Source: Octopus sinensis
Lineage: Eukaryota
Direction: 5' to 3'
DNA length: 64,000 bases
Assembly (NCBI RefSeq): GCF_006345805.1
Contig: NC_043026.1
Coordinates: 12,317,579-12,381,578, forward strand
Of the stretch, positions 37,646-48,038 are shown one piece after another. The position numbers and the translations under genes were made by a program. Positions within the stretch are counted from its first letter, which is position 1. The number at the start of each line of letters is the position of its first letter. The notes beneath the pieces are model-generated. The model worked only from the letters and a program-made list of their open reading frames with translations. It made no database searches and was not told the origin of the DNA.

Positions 37646-37729
37646 TATATACAAATGAATGAAGACTGTTGCATCAAGAAGTGCCAAGCTCTAATTGTGG
37701 AGGGAACATGTGGAAAGGGTAAATAATTT

Positions 37730-38120
37730 TTGGCACCTGTGTCGGTGGCACATAAAAACGCCATCCGAGCGTGGCCGTCTGCCAGCCTCGTCTGGCACCT
37801 GTGTCGGTGGCACATAAAAAACACCATCCGAGCGTGGCCGTCTGCCAGCCTCGTCTGGCACCTGTGTCGGTGGCACATAAAAAACACCATCCGAGCGTGG
37901 CCGTTTGTCAGCCTCGTCTGGCACCTGTGTCGGTGGCACATAAAATCACCCACTACACTCTCGGAGTGGTTGGCGTTAGGAAGGGCATCCAGCTGTAGAA
38001 ACACTGCCAGATCTGACTGGACTGGTGCAGCTTTCGGGCTCCCCAGACCCCAGTTGAACCGTCCAACCCATGCTAGCATGGAAAGCGGACGTTAAATGAT
38101 GATGATGATGATGATGATGA
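37730..38120 (+). mobile_element. SINE-E with internal ~62-bp tandem repeats (x3.5)
   Basis: GCACCTGTGTCGGTGGCAC at 37733, 37795, 37858 and 37921; (GAT)n tail. Confidence 0.75.
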
Positions 38121-38342
38121 TAAAAAAAACTGGCACTTTGTCAGTTATGATGATGAGGGTTCCAGGTGACCCAATCAATAGAACAGCCTGTTTGTGAAAA
38201 TATAACTCAACAAAATCAAAACATTTCACTTTGGGTATGTATTTTCCCGTCGAAGCAAATGACAGTTCGATTCTGTTTTCTGCTTGGAAATTTGCGGATT
38301 TTACATACACACATGGAACAGGGAAGAACAAATATGTAAGGC

Positions 38343-38638
38343 GGCGATCTTTCGTCTCTAGTAGACCTTTCCGTCGATTTCCGTAAAAAAATATATTTTT
38401 TTTTTACATATGGGCTTGCGGGAACTTTTGAAGTAATATACATACATATACACACACACATGTACATCAATGCTTCCCATGCACGGTAACTTCAAAAGAA
38501 CTTCCCTCGTCATACAATCGCTTTCTCTTAGTCTCTTTTGCTCTCATTACTTCAAAAGTTCCCGCAAGCCCATATGTAAAAAAAAAAATTTTTTTCACGG
38601 AAATCGATGGAAAGGTCTACTAGAGACGAAAGATTGCC
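38343..38638. mobile_element. GGCGATC-family MITE, internally deleted
   Basis: TIRs as at 3021; 9-bp TSD ATGTAAGGC/ATGTAAGCC. Confidence 0.82.
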
Positions 38639-38869
38639 ATGTAAGCCTTTTTTTTCTTCAAGTTTAAAACGAGACATTGCTGGCATAACTTCGTTATATC
38701 TACACTCCACAACCCACGGAAATATCCAAAGTGAAATGTTTTGGTTTTGTCGAGTTATATCGAAGGAATGCCAAAATAATTGTCAAGCCAAGGGTCATAA
38801 CTGTTGTCCCTGATCTTATTTCCGTAGGGCTGCAGCAGTTGCCGGACATTCAGACTAATATTCTTTTCT

Positions 38870-39795
38870 ACTTTAGGCACAAGGCCCGAAATTTTGAGGG
38901 AGGGAGCCAGTCGATTAGATCGACCCCAGTATGCAACTGGTACTTAATTTATCAACTCAGAAAGGATGAAAGGCAAAGTCGACCTCGGCGGAATTTGAAC
39001 TTAGAACGTAAAGACAGACGAAATACCTAAGGGGCTAAACATAGAGGGGACAAACAAGGACAGACAAACGGATTAAGTCGATTCCACCGGCCTCAGAGCG
39101 TAACTGGTACTTAATTTATCGACCCAGAAAGGATGAAAGGTAAAGTCGACCTCGGCGGACTTTGGACTCAGAACGTAACGGCAGACGAAATGCCTATTTC
39201 TTTACTACCCACAAGGGGCTAAACACAGAGGGGACAAACAAGGACAGACAAACGGATTAAGTCGAATACATCGACTCCAGTACGCAACTGGTACTTAATT
39301 TATCGACCCCGAAAGGATGAAAGGCAAAGTCGACCTCGGCGGAATTTGAACTCAGAACGTAACGGCTGACGAAATACCTGTTTCTTTACTGCCCACAAGG
39401 GGCTAAACATAGAGGGGACAAACAAGGACAGACATAGGTATTAAGTCGATTACATCGACTCCAGTGCGTAACTGGTACTTAATTTATCGACCCCGAAAGG
39501 ATGAAAGGCAAAGTCAACCTCGGCGGAATTTGAACTCAGAACGTAGCGGCAGACGAAATACCTATTTCTTTATTACCCACAAGGGGCTAAACACAGAGGG
39601 GGCAAACAAGGACAGACATAGGTATTAAGTCTATTACATCGACCCCAGTGCGTAACTGGTACTTAATTTATCGACCCCGAAAGGATGAAAGGCAAAGTCG
39701 ACCTCGGCGGAATTTGAACTCAGAACGTAGCGGCAGACGAAATACCGCTAAGCATTTCGCCCGGCGTGCTAACGATTCTGCCAGCTCGCCGCCTT
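38870..39795 (-). mobile_element. SINE-B array (~5 units)
   Basis: Headless units with the common junction; full head ends at 39795. Confidence 0.88.
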
Positions 39796-40305
39796 CGGGA
39801 GAATCTAGTGCCTAGAACTAAGGTGTTCACAGCGAACAAAACAAAAGAACAAGTAGTAAATACACTCAGACTGGCGTAAATATGGACTAAAATAATTCGA
39901 AGTTTCTATAATACTTACATATAGCCATGGAGTGGAAATGTGGGGTGACCTGGTGAGAGGTCAAAGTTGAAGTCCACGAGGTCACAGAAAATTACGACAC
40001 AACTTCTAACAAGTTATTCGTGTACAGTTGACACTTATTTTGCGTATAATATATATATCTGTGACACGTAATGAATTGTTGAAATTGCTTACAGCCTATT
40101 TGTAAAAGGACGGGAACATTTGAGACAAAGAATACATCAAGATGAACTTTTGAATAGAAGTCGGAGTCCAACAAGTAGAGCCATCTGTCGGAGAACTGAG
40201 ACAATAAAGGGGAACAACTTCCACAACTTGAAACTATATCTTTAAAATGTTATCATTATTCTATTTCTTAAATTACCGTTTTCAGATATAAACAGAAAAT
40301 TTATG

Positions 40306-40728
40306 GGCAATCTTTCGTCTCTAGTAGACCTTTCCGTCGATTTCCGTAAAAAAATTTTTTTTTTTTACATATGGGCTTGCGGGAACTTTTGAAGTAATGA
40401 GAGCGAAAGAGACTAAGAGAAAGCGATTGTATGACGAGGGAAGTTCTTTTGAAGTTACCGTGCATGGGAAGCATTGATGGACATGTGTGTGTGTGTGTGT
40501 TTGATGGGGTGTGGGAGACAGACAGCATGTTGTGTAAGTGAAGTGCTTCTGTTAGTGTGTGTGAAGAGACAGAGTAATGTGTGAAAGAAAGAGATAACTG
40601 AAATTTTTTACTCGGTGTATGTGTATATGTATGTATATTACTTCAAAAGTTCCCGCAAGCCCATATGTAAAAAAAAAAAAAATTTTATGGAAATCGACGG
40701 AAAGGTCTACTAGAGACGAAAGATCGCC
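40306..40728. mobile_element. GGCAATC-family MITE
   Basis: Perfect 8-bp TSD AATTTATG. Confidence 0.92.
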
Positions 40729-40831
40729 AATTTATGATTACATAGAAATAAACATTTAAAACAAAGGGAAATTTTATCTAATATAGTTTTTACAAAAGAA
40801 AGAAAGCGGATAAAATGGTAAAAGAGAAAAA

Positions 40832-41240
40832 GGATCTTTTCCGTTTGAACGGCAGTTTTTAACATAATTTCTAGGTAACTAGAAAATTTTAAACTTCGTA
40901 TACTGGTAGAATGTGTTTATAAAACATCTTTTTCTCTGGGCTTTATTGAGAAAATTCTATAGTTTGTAAGATATTTGTTGCTGTTTTTTTCTTCAATTTC
41001 AACCAATCAATGACGTCTATTGAGGTGAAAACATTCTGTGCCGTACGAATATGTCCCTCGTTTAAGAAACAGATTGGGTTTATTTACATTTGTGAAGAAA
41101 AAAAAAGACACCCTTCCCCCCACCCCTAACCCTAAAACAGATTGAAATGCAATAGATCGATACTAGGGTCATAATTATGGGTGACAATTTCATATGACAC
41201 CGCTAGAAAAAAAAAACTGCCGTTCAAACCGAAAAGATCC
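40832..41240. mobile_element. GGATC-family MITE about 80 bp downstream of the ZNF-2 stop
   Basis: TIRs as at 3452-3863; no clear TSD. Confidence 0.85.
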
Positions 41241-41322
41241 AAGAATTCAATGATAATTATTACCTACATATTTCACAAGTGATAACTGTTCACCAATGTG
41301 TAACTTGTAAATAGCATTTATT

Positions 41323-42234
41323 TCACAGCGAAAGGGGTTTCTCGTCTGTATGACTACGTATGTGGTTCAGAAGATGGGAATTCCGAGTGAAAGATTTGCC
41401 ACAGATTTCACAGTGATAAGGCTTTTCTCCAGTATGAATTCGTTTGTGTCGGTTTAAATCACTGTTAGAGATAAAGGATTTTCCACAGACTTCACAGTGA
41501 AACTGTTTTTCCCCAGTGTGAATTTTCCGGTGACGTACAAGACTGGAATTATCAGAGAAAGACACCCCACATATCTGGCAACGATACGGCTTTTCACCCG
41601 TGTGGATTCGTCGGTGAACTAAGAGGCTGGAATGATCAGAGAATGATTTCTGACAGATTTCACAGCGATAGGGTTTCTCTCCCGTGTGTTTTCGTTTGTG
41701 TCTGTTTAAATCACTTTTAAAGACAAACGATTTACCACAGATTTCGCAATTGAACAGTTTTTCTCCAGTGTGTACTCTTTGGTGAGCGACGAGGCTGGAA
41801 TTATCAGCGAACGATTTACCACAGATTTCACAAGGATAAGGCTTTTCTCCCGTGTGGATTCGTATGTGAATGACAAGGCTAGAATTATGAGAGAAAGATT
41901 TACCACAGATTTCACAGTGATAAGGTTTTTCCCCAGTGTGAATTCGTATGTGTGTTGTTAAATCGCGGTTTTTGGCAAAATATTTCCCACAGATTTCACA
42001 CTTGTATGTCTTTCCGAGACTGTGTATTTCTTTGTGGGTAAATACTTCGTGCTCCGAAGAGAATGTTTCCCTACAAATCTCACAGCTATATTCAGGAATA
42101 TTTCCGTATAATGATCGTTGGTGAATAAATGTTTCACAGTATAAAGGTTTCTCGTCTACGTCTGTCTGTGAAACTGTATCTATATTGTTGAAGATAGTTG
42201 CCGTAGAACTGTCCAAGTGATTAACATCTTCCAT
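41323..42234 (-). CDS. C2H2 zinc-finger protein, 9 fingers (ZNF-2), 303 aa
   Basis: Canonical fingers and TGEKP linkers; N-terminus [23 protein letters not shown] is paralogous to ZNF-3. Confidence 0.92.
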   Translation of the reverse strand: MEDVNHLDSSTATIFNNIDTVSQTDVDEKPLYCETFIHQRSLYGNIPEYSCEICRETFSSEHEVFTHKEIHSLGKTYKCEICGKYFAKNRDLTTHIRIHTGEKPYHCEICGKSFSHNSSLVIHIRIHTGEKPYPCEICGKSFADNSSLVAHQRVHTGEKLFNCEICGKSFVFKSDLNRHKRKHTGEKPYRCEICQKSFSDHSSLLVHRRIHTGEKPYRCQICGVSFSDNSSLVRHRKIHTGEKQFHCEVCGKSFISNSDLNRHKRIHTGEKPYHCEICGKSFTRNSHLLNHIRSHTDEKPLSL

Positions 42235-42329
42235 ATTAATTACTCACAGAATTCTTAAAAGAAATATGAGCGTATATAAACAATTTGTGGTTCAGTTTCT
42301 GTATCGAACATCATGGGCTTTCATTGACC

Positions 42330-42453
42330 AATGTCGTGAGATAGGTGTAACAGAAAAGATCAATGTCGTGAGATAGGTGTAACAGAAAAGACCAATGTCG
42401 TGAGATAGGTGTAACAGAAAAGATCAATGTCGTGAGATAGGTGTAACAGAAAA
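42330..42453. repeat. 4 x 32-bp minisatellite upstream of ZNF-2
   Basis: CAATGTCGTGAGATAGGTGTAACAGAAAAGA(T/C) repeated. Confidence 0.9.
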
Positions 42454-42463
42454 CAAAAATCAG

Positions 42464-42628
42464 GGCGTAACTTCGGTATAAGTACCGGATACATTTCAAG
42501 AAAGTGTTTTTATATATATATATATGGGGGTTAGGGTTAGGGTTTGTGTTAGGGGTGGGAGAAAAGGGTTTCTCTTATCTTCAGAAATGTAAACAAAGTC
42601 ACGTGCGTACCTATACCGAAGGATCGCC
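42464..42628. mobile_element. 165-bp MITE, GGCG family
   Basis: Imperfect TIR GGCGTAACTTCGGTATAAGTAC/GTACCTATACCGAAGGATCGCC; perfect 8-bp TSD AAAATCAG. More copies at 42838-43146, 48098-48795 and 49740-50104. Confidence 0.88.
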
Positions 42629-43773
42629 AAAATCAGAAAAGGGCACAGAATTATGGGACAAAAATGTAGAGAAAAATTTGTGCGCAAAACAATTCTTTCA
42701 CGGGTGGAAACAACTACCCAATTCTATGTTCTTTTCCTTCTTCATGGTGTGGTGGCTATTCCGAAAGTCCGCCGATCAGATATTACACTCGCTTACTGAG
42801 ACGAGTCTTAAGTGTAAAAATTAATGTCTTATTTTTCGGCGTAACTTCGGTATAAGTACCGGATACATTTCAAGAAAGTGATTTTTTTTATATATGGGGG
42901 TTTAGTGTTACGGTTTGTGTTAGGGTTAGGGGTGGGAGAAAAGGGTTTCTGTTATCTTCAGAAATGTAAACAAAGTCACGTGTGTACCTATACCGAAGGA
43001 TCGCTATTCAAGAAAGTGCTTTTTTTAAATATATATGGGGGTTTAGGGTTACGGTTTGTGTTAGGGTTAGGGGTGGGAGAAAAGGGTTTCTCTTATCTTC
43101 AGAAACATAAACAAAGTCACGTCTGTACCTATACCGAAGGATCGCCTTTTTTTTTTTTCTTACCGCCAAGTAGGTCCTCTCCAAGTCACATAAATATTGT
43201 TGCAGTTTAACTGTTCGTCATGGATGGAAGAAAAAAGGGCAATAAAGTGTGGTGTATTGCCAAATATTAATCTTTTTTTTTTTTTTTCCCACCCCGATTT
43301 GAAAGTCAAGTGCAATGTCAGTATGAATCACAACCGTTCCCTCATTCGTTGGTGAATAAAAAAAACCCCGTTTCTTTTATAAAACAGGGGGACAGCCCCT
43401 TTCACGATGTCGCTTAAGTTTATGATAAAATGAAATATTTAACCACGAGAGGTGATGGAACACCGATCCTGAAACATGTAGGTCGCCTTGTGTTATCCAC
43501 AAACATTAACGTTTACCTTAGCAAAGGGTAATTAAGACACACGATGTAATTAGTTAAATTAAAAGCATATCAAGTACCCGTTATCGTTGAAATTAGTCCC
43601 GCGCCAGAATGACACCGGTGCTGTAAGTTAAAAGTCCCTTATGTAATTTGATACATTGAGCTACACATTCAGTTCTACTGATTTGCAGTGACGTAGCTAA
43701 TGCGGGGAGGGCATCGCTCCCCCCACTACTAGCACACTTTTTCAAAATTGGCACCTTTTCAATAACTTTTTGG

Positions 43774-45100
43774 GGATCTTTTCGGTTTGACAGGCAGTTT
43801 TTTAAAATAATCTCCACGTAACTAAACACTTTTAAACTTCGTATACTGGTAGAATATGTTAATAAAACAATCTTTTTCTCTTGGTTTTATTGAGAAAATT
43901 CTATAGTTTGTAAGATATTTGGGATCTTTTCGGTTTGACCGGCAGTTTTTAAAAATAATTTCCATGTAACTAAACACTTTTAAACTTCCTATACTGGTAG
44001 AATGTGTTAATAAAACAATCTTTTTCTCTTGGTTTTATTGAGAAAATTCTATAGTTTGTAAGATATTTGGGATCTTTTCGGTTTGACCGGCAGTTTTTAA
44101 AAATAATTTCCATGTAACTAAACACTTTTAAACTTCCTATACTGGTAGAATGTGTTAATAAAACAATCTTTTTCTCTTGGTTTTATTGAGAAAATTCTAT
44201 AGTTTGTAAGATATTTGGGATCTTTTCGGTTTGACCGGCAGTTTTTAAAAATAATTTCCATGTAACTAAACACTTTTAAACTTCCTATACTGGTAGAATG
44301 TGTTAATAAAACAATCTTTTTCTCTTGGTTTTATTGAGAAAATTCTATAGTTTGTAAGATATTTGGGATCTTTTCGGTTTGACCGGCAGTTTTTAAAAAT
44401 AATTTCCATGTAACTAAACACTTTTAAACTTCCTATACTGGTAGAATGTGTTAATAAAACATCTTTTTCTCTTGGTTTTATTGAGAAAATTCTATAGTTT
44501 GTAAGATATTTGGGATCTTTTCGGTTTGACCGGCAGTTTTTAAAAATAATTTCCATGTAACTAAACACTTTTAAACTTCCTATACTGGTAGAATGTGTTA
44601 ATAAAACATCTTTTTCTCTTGGTTTTATTGAGAAAATTCTATAGTTTGTAAGATATTTGGGATCTTTTCGGTTTGACCGGCAGTTTTTAAAAATAATTTC
44701 CATGTAACTAAACACTTTTAAACTTCCTATACTGGTAGAATGTGTTAATAAAACAATCTTTTTCTCTTGGTTTTATTGAGAAAATTCTATAGTTTGTAAG
44801 ATATTTGGGATCTTTTCGGTTTGACCGGCAGTTTTTAAAAATAATTTCCATGTAACTAAACACTTTTAAACTTCCTATACTGGTAGAATGTGTTAATAAA
44901 ACAATCTTTTTCTCTTGGTTTTATTGAGAAAATTCTATAGTTTGTAAGATATTTGGGATCTTTTCGGTTTGACCGGCAGTTTTTAAAAATAATTTCCACG
45001 TAACTAAAAAGTTTTAAACTTTGTATACTGGTAGAATGTGTTTATAAAACACCTTTTTCTCTTGGCTTTATTCTATAGTTTGTAAGATATTTGTTGTTTT
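43774..45100. repeat. 9 x 148-bp tandem array of the GGATC-MITE left end
   Basis: GGATC at 43774, 43922, 44070, 44218, 44366, 44513, 44660, 44808 and 44956. Confidence 0.95.
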
Positions 45101-45831
45101 TTTTCTTCAATTTCTGCAATTTCAGCCAATCAATGACATCTATATTGAGGTGAAAACAGGATCTTTTCATTTTGAATGGCACTTTGTAACATAATTTCTA
45201 GGTAACTAAAAAGTTTTAAACTTCGTATACTGGTAGAATCTGTTACATAAAACATCTTTTTCTCTTGGCTTCATTGAGAAAATTCTACAGTTTGTAAGAT
45301 AATTGTTGTTTTGTTTTTTTTTCTTCAATTTATGCAATTTCAACCAATCAATGACGTCTATTGAGGCAAAAAACATTCTGTGCTGTATGAATATGTCCCT
45401 CTAGCGGTGTCATATAAAATTGTCACCCATAATTATGACCCTAGTATCGATCTATTGCATTGCAATCTATTTTAGGGTTAGGGGTGGGTGGAAGGGTATC
45501 ATTTTTTTTCTTCAGAAATGTAAATGAACCCAATCTGTTTCTTAAACGAGGGACATATTCATACAGCATAGAATGTTGTTTACCACAACAGAACAGATTA
45601 AGAGGGGAAAAAAATGTATAGGGAATAGTTTATGTTTTTTGTTGTTTTGGGGGTTTTTTGCCTGCCCTGTGTGTAGTTATTCTACAACTACAAGTTGTTT
45701 AGAGAAAGGGTTTCTCTCCAATAACAGTACATTTGTTGACTACAAGATGAGAATTTAATGAGAACTAATTCCAACACATTTGACTATGATAAATGTTCAC
45801 TATGTACTTGATGGTGGGCATCTCTCTATAT

Positions 45832-46050
45832 CAGTGGTTTTCAACCAGGGTTCCGTGGAACCTTAGGATTCCGCCAGTACAGTCCAGGGGTTCCACAAGA
45901 AGTTACAAAAATGCTAAAATCGGCAGTAACTTTTAATTCTCCTGTGCAGATATGTGTGCATAAGGCAATTAAATTATTGCACAGGGGTTCCTCGAGCCAG
46001 TGGAATGTTTCCTTGGGGTTCTGCTTCAGCAAAAAGTTTGAAAAGCACTG
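45832..46050. mobile_element. hAT-type MITE
   Basis: TIR CAGTG(G/C)TTTTCAA; 8-bp TSD CTCTATAT/ATCTATAT. Confidence 0.82.
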
Positions 46051-46719
46051 ATCTATATATAATGGCAAAATGTCTGTGTGTGTGTGTCCTTTATACAAAT
46101 CCACAATTTTTCAGTTAGAGGGCTCATACTTTCTATGGTCATTCAAAACCGTCCAAGGGTGGTCGTGCACATCTTTACATTTCTCCAGTCACCCCACAAA
46201 TCTCTCTATATATAAATGGCAAAATGTCTGTGGGTGTGTCCTTTATACAAATCCACAATTTTTCAGTTATAGAGCTCGCACTTTCTATGGTCATTCAAAA
46301 CCGTCCAAGGGTGATTGTGCACATCCTTACATTTCTCCAGTCACCCCGCAAATCTCTCTATATATAAATGGCAAAATGTCTGTGGGTGTGTCCTTTATAC
46401 AAATCCACAATTTTTCAGTTAGAGGGCTCGCACTTTCTATGGTCATTCAAAACCGTCCAAGGGTGGTCGTGCACATCTTTACATTTCCCCAGTCTGCCCG
46501 CAAAACCATTAAAAAAATCAATAGAAAGTGACTTTTTTGTGAATTTTCTATCCAAAACCCAATCAAAATGCCCGAAACTTGATACACCAATTGAATGCCA
46601 GCGAGCTGTATGTGATTGGTCGGAGATTTGGACAGTACTCACGTGTATGTGTGCACGCACGCAGCTGTATATGCATGCACTAGCATTATAACCCGGCGTT
46701 GCCAGGTCATAGTGCTAGT
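46051..46719 (+). mobile_element. Helentron/HINE-like element with triplicated ~153-bp 5' unit
   Basis: ATGGCAAAATG at 46062, 46216 and 46368; 3' hairpin ACCCGGCGTTGCCAGGT followed by CTAGT. Confidence 0.68.
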
Positions 46720-46745
46720 TAGTTATAGATTTCTAAGAGAATTTC

Positions 46746-48038
46746 TTATGTCTCACAAGGTTTTCCTCCAGTATGGATTCGCTTGTGCCTTTTTAAGACA
46801 CTATTCGTGATAAAAGATCTCTCACATATGTCACAACGATACGGTCTTTCTCCAGTATGGCTACGCTTGTGGATGGTAAGACTTGAATTGAGAGAGAACG
46901 ATTTGCCACAGATTTCACAATGGAATGGTTTCTCCCCAGTATGGGTCCGTTTGTGTCTGTTCAAATCCCGATTAGAAACAAATTGTTTCCCACACGTTTT
47001 ACAGTCGAAGGGTTTTTCTCCCACATGTATTACTCCATGTGTCTTTAAGAGACTGTTAGTCACAAAAGCTTTCCCGCACGTCTTACAATCATAAGGCTTT
47101 TCTCCCGTATGGATTCTTCTGTGAACTGCAAAATTAGAATTATTCGAGAAGGACTTGCCACAGATTTCGCAACGGTACGGCTTTTCACCGGTGTGGATTC
47201 GTTTGTGAACCAGAAGATGTGAATTATTAACGTACGCTTTACCGCATATCTCGCAACGAAACGGTTTTTCTCCGGTATGAGTACGCCCGTGGACAACAAA
47301 GCTAGAATTATCAGAGAAGGCCTTACCGCAGATTTCGCAGCGATAAGGTTTTTCCCCGGAGTGAATTCTCCCGTGCTTTTTCAAATCACTGTTATAGACG
47401 AAAGCTTTGTCGCAGATTTTGCAGCGAAATGTTTTCTCGCCAGTGTGAATTTTGTTGTGTTTTGTTAAGTCGCCATGGGAGACGAAAGACTTCTCACATA
47501 TCTTACAAGGGAACGGTTTTTCTCCGGTGTGCGTACGGACGTGGATAACAAGACTAGAATTAATAGAAAATGCTTTATCACATATTTCGCAACGATAAGG
47601 TTTTTCCCCCGTGTGAATCCGCTTGTGCTTCGTCAAGTCACTATTATAGACGAAAGATTTTCCGCACGTTTCACAGCGGAAAGGTTTTTCACCAGAGTGA
47701 ATCCTTTTATGCTTTCTCAATTCGCTGTTGGAGACAAAACATTTGCCGCACATCTCACAGTGATAAGGTTTTTCTCCAGAGTGAATCCGTTTGTGCTTCG
47801 TTAGGTCGCTGCTGTAGACAAAAGATTTTCCGCAAATTCCACAGTTGAAGGGTTTTTCCCGGCAGTGTATTTCTCTATGCCGAAATACTTCGTGCTCCGA
47901 AGAGAATGTTTTCCTACAAATCTCACAGCGATATTCAGCAATATTTCCATGCAACGATCTTTGCTTAATGAATGTTTCCCTACATAAAGGTTTCTCGCCG
48001 CTGTCTGTCCGTGCATCTAAGTGATTAACAACTTCCAT
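46746..48038 (-). CDS. C2H2 zinc-finger protein, 14 fingers (ZNF-3), 430 aa from ATG 48038
   Basis: Start placed by homology to ZNF-2 (MEVVNHLD); the ORF-track extension to 48143 runs into a MITE and starts at a non-ATG codon; possible phase-1 acceptor TTTTTCAG|AC about 26 nt upstream. Confidence 0.92.
   Translation of the reverse strand: MEVVNHLDARTDSGEKPLCRETFIKQRSLHGNIAEYRCEICRKTFSSEHEVFRHREIHCREKPFNCGICGKSFVYSSDLTKHKRIHSGEKPYHCEMCGKCFVSNSELRKHKRIHSGEKPFRCETCGKSFVYNSDLTKHKRIHTGEKPYRCEICDKAFSINSSLVIHVRTHTGEKPFPCKICEKSFVSHGDLTKHNKIHTGEKTFRCKICDKAFVYNSDLKKHGRIHSGEKPYRCEICGKAFSDNSSFVVHGRTHTGEKPFRCEICGKAYVNNSHLLVHKRIHTGEKPYRCEICGKSFSNNSNFAVHRRIHTGEKPYDCKTCGKAFVTNSLLKTHGVIHVGEKPFDCKTCGKQFVSNRDLNRHKRTHTGEKPFHCEICGKSFSLNSSLTIHKRSHTGERPYRCDICERSFITNSVLKRHKRIHTGGKPCET

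Noticed and set aside
42555-42590. CTGAAGA..GAAA on the minus strand of GGCG MITEs as a hammerhead
   Set aside because: Only 5 nt lie between the motifs (no stem II) and there is no NUH or stem I.
45690-45758. CLEKGFLSNNSTFVDYKMRI resembling a decayed finger
   Set aside because: Lacks CxxC and both His residues; too short to support.
46783-47848. Plus-strand ORFs antisense to the ZNFs (also 34827 and 41770)
   Set aside because: Shadow ORFs from the repetitive finger codons.
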